Shown here: piece by piece, positions 16,310 to 18,734 of the stretch
Layout of the letters: every line of letters starts with the position of its first letter
Numbering within the stretch: position 1 is the stretch's first letter
Origin: Candidatus Thorarchaeota archaeon
GTDB taxonomy: Archaea; Asgardarchaeota; Thorarchaeia; Thorarchaeales; Thorarchaeaceae
Assembly (NCBI GenBank): GCA_016839605.1
Contig: JAEOTX010000176.1
Location: 1 to 18,734, forward strand
Reading direction: 5' to 3'
DNA length: 18,734 bases
Made by a program: the position numbers and the translations under genes
Notes under the pieces: generated by a model
The model's input: only the letters and a program-made list of their open reading frames with translations
Database searches by the model: none
Told to the model about the DNA's origin: nothing

Positions 16310-18064
16310 ATGCCCGAGGAGTTTTATTGGCAGAGTGGACCGAGATGGCCTCCTACTGCACGCACGAATCTGGAATACCCATCGGAACCATTGTATGCCA
16401 TGCTTGATAGGTCAGCAGAGAAGAGTGGAAATCTACCTTATACGTGGTATATGGGAAAGTCGAACACCTTTGCTGATGTTCGAGATCATGCTGATAGGAT
16501 TGCAAACTTTCTTATCAGTAAGGGAATCAAGCCTGGTGATCGAGTAGCAGTCTTCCTTCCTAACGTGCCACACTTTCCACCAGTGTTCTTTGGAGCGTTG
16601 AAGACCGGAGCAATGGTTGTCACCTGCAATCCGCTCTATAAGGCAGGAGAGCTGAACTACCAGCTTACAGATACTGGAGCTGTTGCGGTTTTTGTTGTGG
16701 ACCACCCATCATTCACGCCGACATGCTATGAAGCTATCAAAGGAACAGATGTTGAAACAGTAATAGTCTGCAGCATGAAGGACTTTTTGCCGAAGATTAA
16801 GGCAGTTCTTGGCGGACTACTGGGCAAGATTCCAAAGAGCGAGTACTATGAAGAGGACAAGACGTTCTTCTATGAGAATATCATTGCTGAATATGAACCG
16901 AAATCACCTCAAGCAGAAGTCGACCCTGAAGATACTGCAATACTCATCTATACAGGAGGTACTACTGGTACTCCTAAAGGTGCAGAACTGACTCATAGTA
17001 ACCTGATCTCAAACGTTCTCCAGATTGCAGAATGGGTCTACCTCAAGGAGGAGGATGTTGACCGACCTGGCGGAGTCAGGTATGGAGAAGAAGTGTATGT
17101 TGGAGCAGTCCCGTGGTATCACAGCTATGGCTTAACACTGACTCTCTTGATGTCAACATGGTATGCTGGAAAGCTTGTGTGCGTTCCGGACCCTAGAGCT
17201 GGAAAACCACCGATGAGTGATCTTCTCAAAGACCTCCAATCTAGTAAGGGAACTGTGCTTAATTGTGTGCCAGCACTCTATGCCGGGATTGCGAATCATC
17301 CTGATGTATCCAAATTTGACCTGAGTTCAGTCAACATCTGCAGCTCTGGCGCGGCTCCTTTACCTCCCGAATTGGCTAGGAAGTTCGAAGCTGTGACAGG
17401 AGCTATCCTCTTTGAGGGGTACGGACTCACAGAAACCTCTCCTGTAACACACATCAACCCGACCAATAAGAGAGACCGCAAGTTTGGATCTATTGGCTTG
17501 CCGATTTCAGATACTGCCTGTAAGATAGTGGACCCCGAAACTGGGACAAAAGAGATGCCTATTGGAGAGATTGGAGAGATCGCCATTAGTGGCCCCCAAG
17601 TGATGAAGAGCTACTATGGCAAACCCGAAGAAACCGATAATGTGATGCGCACTATAAATAACAAACGTTTCTTCCTTACCGGAGACATGGGGCACATGGA
17701 TGAAGAGGGGTACACCTACATCAGTGATAGAAAGAAACAGATGATCAATGTTGGTGGTCTGAAGGCCTATCCAAGAGAGATAGAAGACATCCTGTTTACT
17801 CATCCAAAAGTGCAGTTAGCTGCTGCTGTGGGAATTCCACGCGATGATGATCCAAGTAATGAGTTCGTCAAGGCGTACATCATCTTGAAGGAGGGCGAAT
17901 CTGCCACTGAAAAGGAGTTCATCGAATGGGCCAGGGAGAAGATGGCGGGTTATAAGAGGCCAAAGGAAGTTGACATTGTAGACTCATTACCCCTCAGTAA
18001 CGTTGGTAAGGTCCTTCGCCGCGTACTAAGAGAAGAAGAAATTAAGAAACGGAGCGCCGTTTGA
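16310..18064 (+). CDS. Acyl-CoA synthetase / long-chain-fatty-acid-CoA ligase (FadD-like), paralog 2
   Basis: YTGGTTGTPKG, EGYGLTE, TGDMG and VGKVLRR motifs; collinear and highly similar to paralog 1. Confidence 0.92.
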   Translation: MPEEFYWQSGPRWPPTARTNLEYPSEPLYAMLDRSAEKSGNLPYTWYMGKSNTFADVRDHADRIANFLISKGIKPGDRVAVFLPNVPHFPPVFFGALKTGAMVVTCNPLYKAGELNYQLTDTGAVAVFVVDHPSFTPTCYEAIKGTDVETVIVCSMKDFLPKIKAVLGGLLGKIPKSEYYEEDKTFFYENIIAEYEPKSPQAEVDPEDTAILIYTGGTTGTPKGAELTHSNLISNVLQIAEWVYLKEEDVDRPGGVRYGEEVYVGAVPWYHSYGLTLTLLMSTWYAGKLVCVPDPRAGKPPMSDLLKDLQSSKGTVLNCVPALYAGIANHPDVSKFDLSSVNICSSGAAPLPPELARKFEAVTGAILFEGYGLTETSPVTHINPTNKRDRKFGSIGLPISDTACKIVDPETGTKEMPIGEIGEIAISGPQVMKSYYGKPEETDNVMRTINNKRFFLTGDMGHMDEEGYTYISDRKKQMINVGGLKAYPREIEDILFTHPKVQLAAAVGIPRDDDPSNEFVKAYIILKEGESATEKEFIEWAREKMAGYKRPKEVDIVDSLPLSNVGKVLRRVLREEEIKKRSAV

Positions 18065-18079
18065 GGTTCGGTGATAGTC

Positions 18080-18685
18080 ATGAATTGGAAAAGAATCGGA
18101 ACTTGGTGTGGAATCCTTGCAGGAATTCAGTTTGTCACCATAACGTTCATTCTGATGGTGTTCTATCCCGAGGGATACTCATTCACGGAAATACCCTTCA
18201 GCGCTTTAGGACTCCTAGTTACACGCGGCTATCCAACGCCGATGAACTGGTTCATGTTTGCCACAGCCACGACCCTGGCTGGTGCACTTTCAATGCCTTT
18301 CTGGCTAACGATCCGAACACTCTTCACAGAAACAAAACCATTGAAGGCAGTTAGTGGTGTGGGAACGATTCTTGGCCTCATTGCTGGTCCTCTGCTTGCA
18401 GGTATAGGGATATTCGCGGGTGATGTGTTCCCAGCACAGCATGGCTTCTCAACGATTTACTTCTTTCTGCTCTTCTCCTCAGCAATCATCATCTTCTCAA
18501 TAGCAATTCTTCTCAACAAGGATTACGAGAATGTGTATGCTCTTATCGGAATTATCGTGGCAATCATCTGCTACACCCATGTCCTTGTTCCCGGATTTGG
18601 CAATGCTGCAATGCAGAAGATAGCAGTCTATTCGCTTGTGCTTTATTCAGTGTTCCAGGGTTATAAGATGAGGAAAGTATTCTAG
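18080..18685 (+). CDS. Multi-pass membrane protein, DUF998-like
   Basis: About six hydrophobic segments, with FYPEGYSF...FSALG and GIF...H patterns resembling DUF998. ATG 18080 follows GGTGA; GTG 18071 is an alternative. Confidence 0.65.
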   Translation: MNWKRIGTWCGILAGIQFVTITFILMVFYPEGYSFTEIPFSALGLLVTRGYPTPMNWFMFATATTLAGALSMPFWLTIRTLFTETKPLKAVSGVGTILGLIAGPLLAGIGIFAGDVFPAQHGFSTIYFFLLFSSAIIIFSIAILLNKDYENVYALIGIIVAIICYTHVLVPGFGNAAMQKIAVYSLVLYSVFQGYKMRKVF

Positions 18686-18734
18686 CAGTCCTAGTCATCT
18701 CTGGATATCGCTGGGGAGAATATAGGCATAGAGC

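Noticed and set aside
182-18354. Numerous short alternative-frame or antisense ORFs in the track (about 60-130 aa)
   Set aside because: They overlap well-supported genes and show no recognisable motifs; treated as shadow ORFs.
18695-18734. Possible 3' end of a convergent minus-strand gene (...LYAYILPSDIQR*)
   Set aside because: Only 12 codons are visible, too short to support a call.

Overview
Archaeal window, most consistent with an Asgard archaeon (possibly Thorarchaeia). This is inferred from a Rab-like small GTPase without a prenylation tail, a longin-domain protein, HdrBC, a four-subunit 2-oxoacid:ferredoxin oxidoreductase (OFOR) and GGAGG/GAGGTG ribosome-binding sites. Gene order: 5' fragment of an HdrC-like gene (-, missed by the ORF track); radical SAM protein; hdrC-hdrB; a translationally coupled membrane-anchored wHTH regulator and surface glycoprotein (-); korD-korA; an antisense two-gene island; korB-korC; CPBP/Abi protease (-); 2-hydroxyacyl-CoA dehydratase/benzoyl-CoA reductase-family alpha, beta and activator genes (-); two divergent tandem acyl-CoA ligases; a DUF998-like membrane protein. 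The main finding is the island splitting the OFOR operon. It encodes a longin plus tandem winged-helix protein resembling the eukaryotic GATOR1 subunit NPRL2/Npr2, next to a Rab-like GTPase with altered G3 and G5 motifs. This is a candidate nutrient-signalling module embedded in a probable amino-acid/2-oxoacid fermentation locus. No rRNA, tRNA, CRISPR array or transposase was recognised. All homology calls come from motif recognition, not database searches.
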